Below are positions 23,607-36,269 of a DNA stretch of 64,000 nucleotides, piece after piece. This stretch comes from Lama glama (lineage: Eukaryota): the NCBI GenBank assembly GCA_028534125.1, contig CM052817.1, positions 47,618,001-47,682,000 on the forward strand. Reading direction: 5' to 3'. The notes beneath the pieces are model-generated. The model searched no databases, was not told the DNA's origin, and worked only from the letters and a program-made list of their open reading frames with translations. A program made the position numbers and the translations under genes. Each line of letters opens with the position of its first letter. Positions within the stretch are counted from its first letter, which is position 1.

Positions 23607-26600
23607 GGCAAACTGCCTTTTCAAAAACAGTTTCTAGCTTGCTACTCTGCTTAGGTTGAGACAGAATTACTGACAATGGTAAAATAAATGATCATTTATC
23701 TTTTGTGCTTTGGGTGTTCCAATCCACCAAACTTTATAGTGGAATTGGTTATATATGACAAGACTTAAGTAGACCCTGAAATTATGGGTGAGTTTCCAAA
23801 TAAGCTTATACTCCTATTACATCTATTCTTGCTGTATCATCGCCTCTCCCTCTATCCACACCTAAGGCCTCTTGAAGAATTCCTCATGACATGCTGAGTG
23901 GTTTGATGGGATGTAATGACACCAACCAAAAGAAGACAGGAGTGGCTCAGAGGGGCATCAGGAGAAGGAAGTCTTTCTGGTGGACAGCAAATTGACGAGT
24001 ATATCTGGTTGTGTAGTTTGTTGTGAGAGATTACCAAAGATATGGGTATATAATGATTAATTACCAAAGGCTAATGGACCAATATTGGAGGGCTGTGTAG
24101 GGTCTGGGGAAGAAGTATACAGAACAAGCGATTGAAGTGAGCATGGGTTGTAAGGTTATGTCTCATACAAATGCCCACCAAATGGAGGCTCTCAGTACTC
24201 AGGTATATAATATGGCCTATTCCAGGTAGTCACTTAGCCTCTTTCCCAAGCTACCCTGTGATTAGTTAATTGGTTTATCAACAAAGTATCCATAAATATT
24301 ATGTCTGGGTTCAATAACATAAGTTTCCCTTCTTTGACACCGCTCTAACACCATTGCAGTAAGATTCCTTTCTTAAAAAAATAGACTCTTACTATGGATT
24401 TACCTTGTATCCTTGCAACACTTTTGTCAGCACTACTAACTAAATACTTACTGAATATATTATTCATTTTCATGGTATATTACCTATTATCCTTCTCCAG
24501 AAATATTTTATGGGAAAAGAAGGAAAGCAATCATATGGTACCTAGTGGATTCAACGGTCTTTCTATGGAATCTATTATTCAGAAACAATAGGCTTTATAA
24601 AACAGTAGACTGTCTCCTTGAGAAACCACCACTTCCAGAAGGAGGCCAGTCTTACAAATGTTTCTGTCTTCTCTGAAGCATGACCATTAGATGCTGTCTT
24701 TTTCCTGTAGCAGAATACACAGGCCTTTCCACCAGAGGGCAACAGTGGCTGTGGCTCTTTTCCCTAGTACTCCTAATAATCCAATTGCAAAATTTTCCAT
24801 TCTAGCCTTCCATCTTTAAGCTCTTTAGGTTTAAATTTTGAATTCTTAAAGAAGAGCGCCGGTATCAGGGGACAAAAAAAAAAAATGGCTCCAATGAACA
24901 GGTGGTTGAGATCCCACTTAGCAGGGATCACAGTGTCATTGAACCAGAGGCAAAGAAGTAGATTACTATTCCAGTTGAAGTAATTTATCAGATTATCAAG
25001 AGGGAATCAGGTTTTTATTATATACGATGAAGATACATCTAGAGGATTTCCTTACTACTTCCATGTTCAGTGATAAAACTGAACGGAACCTACAGCAACC
25101 CAATGCAGGTAGGGCACCAAGAATGAAGGTTTGGGTTAGTCAACACGGTGAGGAACACAACCAGTCAATTATCCCTACAGAGATCAAATGAGCAATGAGT
25201 AAGTAGTGAACGAAGTTATAAATACCAGTTCTGGTCTAATGACCAGGTGCATGAATGAAAAGTATACAAACTATGAGTGCTTCTTGCTTTTTTAGATAAT
25301 ACAAGTATGTGTGTATCTATACAAATACTATTTCCTTTTTACCTTCTCCCTCTTCCACCAATATATTATGTAAGATGTACTGCTAGTGGTTAAATTTAGA
25401 ATTAATCTTCCTATTACTAGATATCAAAGGGAAATTGTGACAATTCAAAGGGGAATGAGCAACATACAGTAATGGATACAGTGATTAACAGGTTTCCTCT
25501 ATTTCTGGAGAAGGTAAGCACATCTTTATTTCCATGAGAGGTATTCTCACCAACTTAGACGGACGACTGATGTTAATCTTGTAATGCGGAAGTTAAATAA
25601 CCATGGAGAGACATGTAAGAATGCTGAGTAGCCAAAGCAATTGACTATCTTATATGGTTGTTCCTAACTCATCAGCATGCCCACATCCTTCAGTGCATTT
25701 CTTTGTATCTAACCCGGCCAGCAAAGTTCCATGTTAGATACTGACAAGGAGAGCTAGTCAAATGATGTTTGGAAGGTAGAAGTGATACTATTACTTCTCT
25801 GGCAGCAAAAAGAAGTAGCATGGACTTTGGAAGACTCAGGGCATCCTTGCAAGTCATGCACCCCCTGTGACAGGGAGCTGTGATCGCTACTGGCAGTTTC
25901 TTGTGTCAGGGTTCTCTGAAAGTCTGAGGTGAACCTGAGATCTAGCAGTAGCTTTCCTTGACTCATTCCTCCAGTTCTTCCAACAAATTTGCAACTACCT
26001 AACAATCTGTATTTAATTTCTTCTTGCTTAAAATAGAAGTATCTCTGCTTTTCTAACTGAAACCTTACTAATACAAGACCCCGAGGCTGTGCTTCTGCTT
26101 CAATATAAGATTTTCTACTAGGTAACCTCCCTCAAAATCAGTCATACCCCTCTTCATGTTAATCATTCAGTTGCTACAGAAAGATAAATGTGGAGCATGG
26201 CATATTTTAATTCATATAAAAGTCTGGATATTTGCAGAGATAATTTATAGAGTTCTACCTTATAAAATTGCTTTTGCATTAAAAAATATAAAATTTCTAG
26301 GTGTTAACATTGTTAATGTTCTAGTATACTTCAAAATTGGTGCTTGTGGAATCTTGAAAATATTGACCTGCAGAATTATTTCTATTAAATTTTTGAGTCA
26401 TATTTTAAAGCCTCTGTTGCTCTTTGATACTAATTTGACATAACTTTCCCATATCCTGCAGTGACCTACAAAAGTTGAGCTAATATCATGTTTAAATAGT
26501 CACTATTTCTATGTGTTTACATTAAAACTAAGTTAAAAACTAAAGCCGTTTATCATGACCATCAACTAGTGACCATGAAAATGAAAAATTCAGAGTTTTA

Positions 26601-27448
26601 TATTAGTCTGCTGTGTCCTTTGCATTGCTGTTGTCTAGTAATTGTAAATTCCATCTAAGATAATAGTTGATCTAATAGGTCTTTTATGCTTTGCTGTTTG
26701 GTAGCATTCTTTTTGAGAAAAAGTAAACTTTTTTTTCTTTTTTGTATTAGGATATTGTTTGCTTAGAGTGAAAGGAACCCATATACAGTATACATAATTC
26801 TAGATATTTGGGGCCATTGCCGTCAGTATACTCCATTCCAGATATTGAGACTAAAAATGAAAATACTAATGTAGTGTGAAAAAAAATTATACTAGATTTT
26901 TTTTGAAGTTTAGGTAGCAACCTTTCACATTTTGTTTCTTCCCTTTGACTGAGTGCATTTTATTAATTAAAAAAGGAATTAGTCCTTTAGAATTTGCCCA
27001 GTTTGCAAGATCCAACCCCAGGAAAAAGGAGTGGAGGACACATTGTTTTTATGGCTGATAACCTGTGGAAGCATCTGATAGCTTCTAAATATTTCTTCCC
27101 ATCTTATTTTTATATCTCATATGAGCAAAGGAGAGAAGATAATTCAGGCTAAGAAATATTGCCTTATTCTAATTTTACCAAAAAATATTATGGCTATTAT
27201 TTTGCTTTGTGTTAAACTCATAACATAGGCAAAACTTTTCATCAGTTGAGGCTATGTCACTAATCCCTTGGTTCCTTTCTTAAGCCTAAAAATGCATTTT
27301 GTTCTACTTTCAGTAAGTGGGTATAATTATTGCTTTGTAGCTGTACATTTGTTATACGAAAGGATGGAGGATTATCTTTATAGTGGAATCGATTCTATCA
27401 CAGTTTAAAAAAAATTAATGATAGCCTTCATTCCCACATTAGGTTCAC

Positions 27449-27484
27449 CTTTGTACATTGTCAGTGACAAAGGGAAGTCTTTCA
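27449..27484 (-). pseudogene. Putative 36-nt exon 6 of the relic gene
   Basis: Acceptor ttttcttcttaaccag| with an upstream ctgat branch-like motif; donor aag|gtgaac. Phase 1 to phase 1, reads (V)KDFPLSLTMYK, similar to SLC35F5 GFEDFEFPNK. Confidence 0.4.
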
Positions 27485-27543
27485 CTGGTTAAGAAGAAAA
27501 TAAATCAGTAAATTTTATTGTGCAACAACCACTTTATCATTAC

Positions 27544-28291
27544 CTGCAAAATGTACTAGCAGTGGGAAGAAGAAATAGAATTTTAAAAATTAAACAAATG
27601 GATTAGCTTTGTGACAGCACATTTTAAAAATTGATTTGAAAACTTAACCGATTGTTCTAAAATGTGTGAGGGCTACAACAACTAGGAAAAACGAATGTTG
27701 AGCTTTTAAGGCAACCGGTCTCTGTGTCGGGACCTTAGCGCCTTGAGGTACAGGACACCAGTAATAATATCACATATTGCCAAGGCCTTATTAGTTCTCC
27801 AAGTTTTATCATATACAAGTGCAGCTTTCCTTTCCCAAAAGTTCCAGTCAGCATTTTCCCTAATTTAATCTGACAACGGCATTCTCACCAAAGCATACTT
27901 ATGAAAAACCTTAGTCAGGCAACACCAGGATCCAGGTATCTCACGGCCATAAAACAACAAGATAAGAAACACAGAAACACACATCCCACTGTAGCAAAGG
28001 TTTTCACCAGGCAGCAACCAAGCCATCATCTCTTCTTATCATTAAGTGGGCGTAACACGAGCACCACGGGATCAGAGCACAATTATCTCTAACAGCAATT
28101 AAGATGACACAAGAAAACCCCCATGTGCAGATAAAGACGCAGACTGTTACTGGGACCCCAGGATGTGATGGCAGCACTCTGACCCACATTGCAGGAAAAC
28201 AGTTGGCATGTTCTAATGAACTGGTCTTTGAACACTCGAGTAATTTGGTTTGATTCCATAGCAGAGTTCGTCATTATCAAAACAGATAAAA
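27544..28291 (-). pseudogene. Decayed SLC35F-like (DMT/EamA) transporter coding exon
   Basis: Broken-frame translation in correct order: LLSVLIMTNSAMESNQITRVFKDQF; AMWVR..PVTVC; RDDGL; VSYLVVL/MAVRYLDPGVA; DKTWRTNKALAICDIITGVL; HSFFLVVVA..VFKSIFKMCCHKAN; HLFNF..FFFPLLVHFA. These match SLC35F3/F4/F5 motifs (TQIVK..KNF, GEDGL, NYLYLLAL, SKLLAVILSIGGV, LYKVLFKMFLGSAN, GLFN..LLHYTG). Bounded by an AG acceptor and cag|gtaatg. Confidence 0.7.
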
Positions 28292-28579
28292 CTCTATAAA
28301 TAGAAAACTCGGTGAAATAATTCAAATTAAATCATGAACAAGTGAGAAATTTTATTTTTCCTAAGCCTATTCACAGGTTGACAAAGAAGTGCAGTGGTTA
28401 TTCTGTCTAACCACTGATACTTTGGAAAACCAGTCAAGTTGCTAGATCTGTTGCCAAAGGCCAGCTTATATAAAATTGGGCATATATCATATCAGTGTTC
28501 CAGCCAGACTGACATTCTGGGACCAGGCTCCTCTAAAGTACATAGATATATTTTCAAGGGTTTTAATTTTTTCACTTTT

Positions 28580-29340
28580 TATTTTTAAATAATTTCAGAC
28601 CTATAGAAAAGTTATAACAATAATACAAGTAACTTCTTGAGTTATGAAAATTATTTATATATTCTGGGTACAAGCTCTGTAAAATATATGTTTTGCAGAC
28701 ATTTTTTCTCATGGCTTGTGGCTTGTCTTCTTGTCTTTTAAAGAGCAAAACTATTTTTCTTTGATTTTGATAAAGTTAATTTTATTGCTTTTATAGTTTG
28801 TGCTTCGTGTGCCATATTTAAGAAATTTTTACCTATACAAGATTTAAAAGAGAGTCTCATTTTTTTATGGACAATTTATAGTTTTGGCTCATCTGTTTAG
28901 GCCTGTGCTCAGTTTTGGTCTACTTTTGGCATATGGTGGGAGGTAAGGGTCTATGTTAGCTTTCTTCATTGAGATATCCAATTGTTCCAGTATAATTTAT
29001 TCAAATGATTATCTTTTCCTGATGGAACTAGCTTGGATACTTTGCCTAAAATTAGTTGAGGCAAATAAGCGTGGGTCTATTTCTGTACTGTTGTGTTCTG
29101 TTGATCCATATGGGTATGCTTACGCCAATAATGCTGTCTTGTAGTTTTACAATCAATCTTGAAACCAAACTTGTTCATTAAAAAAAAAAAGTTTGTCTCT
29201 TCTAGGCGCTTTGCTTTTCCACGTTAACAGCTTGCCATTTTCTTCAAAAATATGCTGAGACTTGTTGGAATTGCATTGAATCTATGGATCAATTTGTAGA
29301 GAATTAAAATCTTAATAATAAAATTTTCCAACCCATGAGT
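28580..29340 (-). mobile_element. Old L1 ORF2/3' fragments
   Basis: tttatatattctgggtacaag, gatatccaattgttccag, ggaattgcattgaatctatggatcaattt. Confidence 0.7.
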
Positions 29341-29399
29341 GTGGATTCAGTATGTGAATATGGTGTTCACTGCTACTTAAGAGTTTTAAAACTAGGAAT

Positions 29400-29870
29400 A
29401 AAGAGAATTTTCTCTACACAATAATGGACATCTAGGCAAAGCATACAACTGCTATCATAGTTAATGGTAAAATGACTGAAAACTGTACCCTTAGATAAGG
29501 AGGAGGCAAAGATATCTGCTTACACTGCTTTAATGATGTACTAGAGGTAAGCCATTAGACAGAAGACATACAGATCAGAAGGACTAAAACTGTCTTTGTT
29601 CACATAAGGCATGATTGTGTACATAGAAAATCCCACATCTATGAAAAGGCTACCATAAATAACGGTTTGGCAAGTCTTAGAATAAAAGGTCAAATTACAA
29701 AGCTCAACTGCATTTCTATATACTGGCAATGAACAACTGGAAAGAAAAATTTTAAAACCTGCTTGATTTTTATTGGCTCAAATAAAATATATAGGAATAA
29801 ATTTAAGAAAAGATAGGTAAAATATATATATATTTAAACTACAAAATTTTACTGATAGATGTTGATGAAT
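29400..29870 (+). mobile_element. Old L1 ORF2 (RT) fragment
   Basis: aaaactgtctttgttcacataaggcatgattgtgtacatagaaaatccca (LF.D.MIVYIENP motif); ataggaataaattta. Confidence 0.75.
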
Positions 29871-31483
29871 ACTTTTCTTGTAAACATACTAGTACTAGTC
29901 TCATTATTTTTGCTCCACGGGCAAACTTTCTCTTCCTGGGGACAATTTTAGTGTAGTCTTCGGCTCCCTGCTCTCTAATTCTTTTTTCCATGCTGCATTT
30001 CCTCCCCCCTCCTCAGATCCACTTTGCTCTCCACAAAGGCTTGAGGGGAGGGAGACCTTGAGAAACATCCCTGCTGGAAATCGGTGTCTGTTTTTGGTTG
30101 TTTTTCTGCTTACAGATAAGGTGGTTTGTGGCAGTTTCTGTCTTCTGATTAAAGGCAATGGAATACTGTGTGACATTATTTGTTCTTGTTGGTCTGTACA
30201 GTTTGGAGATTCAGACTTACACATAGAACCCTTAACTTGACTACCCTGGGTATAACCTAGATACTGTTTTAAACATAAACCAGCCTTCTTACAGGGAGGA
30301 ATGTGCTTCAACTTAGGGCTAAACTTAATGATGTGCAAAAATAACACACTAGCTGACATAGTTCTGGGAAGAAAAAAAACTTGTTTTTGTATCTTAGATT
30401 ACTCCAGCACAAGTGAATAATGCATTTTAATTGGAAACACTGCTCTGTCAAATTCCACTTCTTATAACTTGACTTATGCCCATGAGATTTATCACTAATC
30501 TAATAGTATCAGACTGTTTCTTCTGCAATTGCTGCATTCACATTTGGTCCGCCTATACCATATGAAATTTTCCTTTTTCTTACATTACTATTAACAATTT
30601 TCTCTTCTATGCGTAAGTAAGGGTCTTGCATAGATGGTCAAAGAAAAGTCACTGTGGTATTGGTTTTCCAGCTAAGGAGATGCTAATGTAAGAACGGTTT
30701 TAATTATATGTCTCTAAAATAATTATTCTCATTGAAAATGAACCAAAAATGTGGAAGACTTTTTTCTCCCAACTTTTTGGTATTCTCTTTAGATAAATAA
30801 AGCATACCATGTAATGTGCAACTGTAACATAATTCTAAATTGAACTTGTATCTTCTTGACCGAAAGGCTAGCATTCTGTCTCTGCCTAATGTAAAATCTG
30901 CAATATCTAATAATTGATATTTGGAATTGCTGATATAAACATGGACTTGTAATACCCAAGAGAACCCAGCTTGTGCATCACAGCTTTGTAAGGTGAATCT
31001 CTTAGTTATCAAACCCTATCATGTTCAAGGCTAGAATTGTGGCAGATTTTTAAAATTCTCCCATAAAACATTTCCCAGTTGTTTGACATAGACACCAAAC
31101 AACATATTCTGCAGACCGATGGCAGTCTGTTTTCTACAGCTTTAGCTAAAAGATAATTTCCTAGGCCCTTTTACCAGTATTTACCAAAATAACCATGCTC
31201 AAAAATCATATTGCACTACATACCTGGGCAAGCTGAACTACAATTCTGTTCATACTAAATGCATCGGAACACACATGTATCCTTTATGAGGACACAAAGT
31301 TGAAAATTCCTCTCTAGGTCTAACAAAAGGATAGCTAAAGAAACAATCCAGCCTTGAAACTGACTGGTGTCAGATTCTATTAAATAAATGTACATTGGCT
31401 CCTGTTTCCGAATAGCAATTTTAAGAGGACAGGCTCTTAAGTTCAGTTTTATTTGTGAAGTGTTATCTATCCTTGTTACTCAC

Positions 31484-31523
31484 GGACGTAGAAAGCAACC
31501 CAATTATACTGTGCAGTAGAGCA
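31484..31523 (-). pseudogene. Putative 40-nt exon 4: JmjC C-terminal strand / linker
   Basis: Acceptor tttgatggttttag| and donor cc|gtgagt. Phase 0 start reads CSTAQYNWVAFYV with phase 1 end. Continues exon 3 (...QYNFEN|) to give NFENCSTAQYNWV, collinear with JMJD4-type NLDDTISINHNWV. Confidence 0.55.
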
Positions 31524-32764
31524 CTAAAACCATCAAATACAAAATTAATAGATGAATTTTAAAGATATTTGAACATAAGGGATAAGTAGTTTCAGTTTAG
31601 TAACATGCTGCACGGAGAACAGATCTAGAGATACTACCCGTAACGATTTACTGACAAAGTTCTCAGGGGAGTGAGAACGCTCTCCTTTGTCCTTGCTGGG
31701 AAATGTACTGCTGTGGACTTCCCTGCATTTCTTCTCCACAAGGGCTTCAAAAGTTGTGAATTGTGGTGGGTGGCAATGTTCTAAAGCAGAAAAGACATCA
31801 AACTGGAGGATAAGAATTTTGACTCCTCACCTTGGCTGTCTGTCCTTAAATTACATTACATCATATTTGTACATTTTAGTTTGATAATCTATAAAATTAA
31901 AGATCAAGATTATGTCTAATGTCCATTCTGGCTCTAAAATTTCACATTAGCTCCAATAAAAATCATGATTACTGACTGCTAGTGGAAAATAGTGGGAAAA
32001 TATTGGAAAAGAAGGTGACGGAAAAAATTCTGGCTACTTTACCAAAGTACTGTAAAGAAAGTCTCAGTACCCACATCTCTTGGCATCCATCACTTCATTT
32101 AAAACATCATTTTCTCACACAGGAGGCTATCCCCGTGAAGCTGTACATCATTAATATGGATGTTTTTCTTTTAGATCTTCCCCAGAAATTTGTTCATTTT
32201 CCCCTTGAGGTACTTCTTTCACTCCCCAACATGAGGTAATTTTTGCATGGATATAAATATATTGTAGATTGGCTCCGCTAACACTTGTGAGAAAACAGGT
32301 AGCAAAGAAAAACTGCTCTTGCAACTTATGTCTTAAGAATCATTTTTTTCCAATTAAAAAGAGTGCATGATTATTAGAAAATACAGAAAATATAAACAAA
32401 AAATGAAAACCCCACATGACTACCACCTAGAGATAGCATCCCTTTCTTCTGATGTTTTCACAGGGAAAGAGACTTTCTCAGACAGAACTTCTGAGTTTTC
32501 ACTCACTCCTCTGATAAGAATCAGGGAGTTTGGAAAAAAAAAACTGAACTTAAGAATCTCCGGCCTTTTTATTCCTCGCTTTTGGAAATTGCTGCCTATA
32601 AGGATCATATACTCTGTGTTTGTAAAAATTTTGTGAACTGAGTTGTTTCCCTGTAATTAAGTGGGAAGCTCTAATTTAGGAATAACTTGTATAGCAAATC
32701 CCCTTGCCCACAGGCTCATCACATTCTCAAACAGTTTCATCAGTAATAAAGCTAATTTAAAAAT

Positions 32765-32858
32765 TGTGTTGAACACTGGAATTTGACACAACATTGTAAA
32801 ATGATTATAAATCAATAAAAAATGTTAAAAAAATAAAATAAAATAAATTTAGAAAGAA
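32765..32858 (+). mobile_element. Young camelid-type L1 3' tip with A-rich tail
   Basis: tgtgttgaacactggaatttgacacaacattgtaaaatgattataaatcaataaaaaatgtt + A-rich tail. Confidence 0.85.
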
Positions 32859-32859
32859 A

Positions 32860-33670
32860 AAAGTTGAAGTATAGTATATAGTTCATTTATAATATTGTGT
32901 TAGTTTCAGGCATGCAGCAAAGTTATTCAGATATATATTATATATGTGTGTATATATATATGTGTATCTATTCTTTTTTCAGATTATTTTCCATTATAGG
33001 TTATTATAAGATGTTGAATGTAGTTCCCTCTGCTATACAGTAGGATCTTGTTGTTTATCTACATTATATACAGTAGTTTGTATCTGTTAATCCCAACCTC
33101 CTAATTTATCCCTCTCCTTTTCCCCGCTTTGGTAACCAGAATTTTGTTTTCTATGTCTGTGGGTCTATTTCTGTTTTGTAAATAAATTCATTTGTATTTT
33201 TTTTTAGATTCCACACATAAGTGATATCATATTTGTCTTTCTCTGTCTGACTTACTTCACTTAGTATGATAATCTCTAGGTCCATCCATGTTGCTGCCAA
33301 TAGAAATATTCCATTCTTTTTTATAGCTGAGTCTTCTCCTTCTTCTTTATCCATTCATCTGTTGATGGACATTCAGGTTGTGTCCATGTTTCAGCTGTTG
33401 TAAATAGTGCCGCTATGAACGTTGAGATGCGTGATGCGTGTTTTTGAATTAGAGTTTTCATCTTTTCAAAATATATGCCCAGGAATATATATACACCTGC
33501 TGTGAACATTGGGTTGCATTATGTTTTCGAATTAGAATTCCCTCTGGATTATGTCCAGGAGTGGGATTGCTGGATAATATGATAGCTCTATTTTAGTTTT
33601 TTAAGAAGCCTCCTTACCATTCTCCATGGTGGTTGCACCAATTTACATTCCAACCAACAGTGTAGGAGGT
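32860..33670 (-). mobile_element. Truncated L1 3' end
   Basis: ORFs with LAATWMDLEIIILSEVSQTEKDKY and FIAALFTTAETWTQP; TSD ataaagctaat (32746-32756) / ataaagttaat (33671-33681). Confidence 0.9.
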
Positions 33671-33824
33671 ATAAAGTTAATATATTGATGTCTATATGCC
33701 TTCTGTATCTATCTCTAAAGAGCTCCAAACTCAGGTGGACAGAAAGGAAGTTATTATTATTTATAAAACTTTATAGAACCCAAATTATCAACATGTGAGC
33801 ATATTTTTCTATGATTTTTATTAA

Positions 33825-34310
33825 TTTATTCATGCATTCATTCATGCATTCATTCAGTATGTTCTACTACTAACTAACCAGTCTGCATAAAGCTAATAGT
33901 CCTGTATGAAAAACAGATAAATACCAGTTAAGTGACTTCAAGGATGATAAGTTGAACGGCTGGGAAACCTGAGCAACTAGGGCAAATATATCAGAGAGAT
34001 CTGTCTAACCTGGACCAGAGAGGTTTCCTATGGGAAAAAGATTAAGTCAAGACCTGAAGAATGGGTCTTATTTAAGCAGAAGATGGGCAGGAGGAGTCAG
34101 GAGAGGTCAGGAAGAGTTGCAGAAATCAGTATTCACCAAAACCAAGAGGAAACAGAGAGCCTGGCCGACGTTCACTGTGCTAAAATCTAGACATGGGGAG
34201 GTAGTACAGTGCAGGGAAAGCTGTGTATAATAAATAGGCATGGGCCAAATCGAAAAGCACCTTTTAGTCTATAATGAAAACTTGAATGGTACCCTAATGG
34301 CAATGGATGT
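33825..34310 (-). mobile_element. L2 fragment
   Basis: (ttca)n 3' repeat, then gacctgaagaatggg and other L2 antisense motifs. Confidence 0.6.
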
Positions 34311-34629
34311 TAAATATGTACTGATAACCAAACGTTATTGTTCATGGAGTTTTTTTATTCAGCATTTTTAATTTACTAGCAATGAAATCAATGTAAATTT
34401 ATATTAAAACTGTATGTCAAAATTTTTCCTGGTGACTAAATACTATTTTTTATCTACACCAAGTTATTTTGAGATTAGTATTACAATTATTATTTGTAGG
34501 AATTTGGTTTACTACTGACTTCAGTTATCGGTGCATAGTTAATTGCAAGTTTTTTTCTTTTGAGCTCAACATAGTGTTTTCAAGATTCTTCCATATGCAG
34601 GTAGATACTATCATCTATTTAACAATCAT

Positions 34630-34812
34630 GATAATGAAATATTTCATGAATTCTCTCTGCGCAACAGCCATCGTTCTAAATACTTTACAGGGATTAACTT
34701 ATTCTACACTTAGCTCTTGAGGTAGGTATTATTATCCATGTTTTACAGAGCTGCAACAGAGAAAGAACAAATAACTGCCTAAAGTTATGACAGAGCAGGA
34801 CTCAAATCCTTC
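34630..34812 (-). mobile_element. MIR SINE
   Basis: tgaggtaggtattattatccatgttttacaga...ataactgcctaaagtt. Confidence 0.7.
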
Positions 34813-35414
34813 CACAATCTCCCTGTGTACCCGGGCGTGACAGCTGCTCTTTGGTCCAGCTGCAGTGGTCATCATATGAATATTTACCCATTTTCTAATG
34901 ACTTAAGTTGTTTCTATTTTTTTTATTACAGATAATACTGTAATTATATGACATTATATGATGAGACTTATACATGTCTCTTCAGGGACATATATCAAGC
35001 ATGTACATTTTGAATTTTACCAAATCTTATCACTTTCCAAAGTGATCAAACTAAAAGAGTGTCCATTACTCCACATCCTCATTGATACTTGGCTTTGATA
35101 GACTTTCTAAAATTTTTCAGTCTGATGGTTGTGAAGAGACATCTTGTTTTAATTCTTTTCTCATTTTTTTTCAAATGTTTACAATGTTATTAACCACTCA
35201 AATTCAGCCTCTATTTAATCCTGGTTCAGGTTACATATAAATATGGCACTGGGTCTCCCTGGGCACTCAAGAACAAAGACATTTTATTTCTTTAAAATCC
35301 AAAGCAATGCTGTAAAGACATAGAAGCCAAAGAGCTCAAGAGGAAGTCAGCTGTGTAATATTCCGTGTAGCTCATCCTTCTTTAAGGCCGGATTCAAATG
35401 TCTCTCCATTGATT

Positions 35415-36265
35415 TTATTTTTTTTCTGGCTTTATTGAGATATAATTGACATATCGCATTGCATAAGATTAACATGTACAACTTGGTAATTCAATTTATG
35501 TATATATTGCAAAACCCTACCACAGTAGGGTTAGTTAGCATCTCCATCACCTCACATAATTACTTTTTTTTTTTTTTGGTGGTGAGAACATGTAAGATTT
35601 ACTCTTAATAATTTTTAAACATGTAAGACAATATTGTGAATTATAGTCACCATGCTGAACATTAGATCTCCACAGTTGGTCAGTCTTATTACTGGAAGTT
35701 CATATGCTTTGACCAACATCTCCCCATTTTCTCCAACCCCCAGCCCCTGGCAAGCATCATTCTACTCCATTTTACTATGAATTCAGATTTTTCAGATTCC
35801 ACATCTGAGTGAGATAATACAGTATTTGTCTTTATCTGATTTATTTCACTGAACATAATGCCCTCAACATCAATCCGTGTTGTTGCAAATGGCAGGGTTT
35901 GCTTCTTTGTCGTGACTGAATAATATTCCAGTGTATTTTTACACCATATCTTCTTGATTCATTCATCTGCAGATGGACATTTAAGTTGTTTCAGTACATT
36001 ATCCCTTATGAAAAATGCTGCAATGAACTTGGGAGTGCAGATATCTCTCTGAGATAGTGATTTCATTTCCTTAGTATATGTACCCAGACATGGATTTCTG
36101 GATCATATGGTAGTTCTAAATATAATTTTTTGAGTATCCTCCATACTGTTTTCCATAGTGTCTGTACCACTTTATAGTCCTACCAATATTCCCTTTTCTC
36201 CACATCCTCACTAACACATCTCTTGTCTTTCTGATACCTGCCCTTCTAACAAGTAAGGTAATATC
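35415..36265 (-). mobile_element. L1MA9-like 3' end
   Basis: tttattgagatataattgacata...gtggtgagaaca...agattccacatctgagtgagataatacagtatttgtc...ggatcatatggtagttcta. Confidence 0.9.
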
Positions 36266-36269
36266 ATGT

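Larger units (their letters stand above)
21610..26073 (+). mobile_element. Decayed ERVL provirus (LTR40/41-like LTR remnants plus pol), interrupted by L1 insertions
   Basis: pol peptides EIIPMKIQEPANLMKFLG (22771-22824) and PFQKQFLACY (~23615) match ERVL RT/connection motifs. A PPT-like gtagccaaagcaattgac precedes the 3' LTR (~25645-26073, ends actaataca). A related LTR piece lies at ~21630-21830. Confidence 0.8.
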
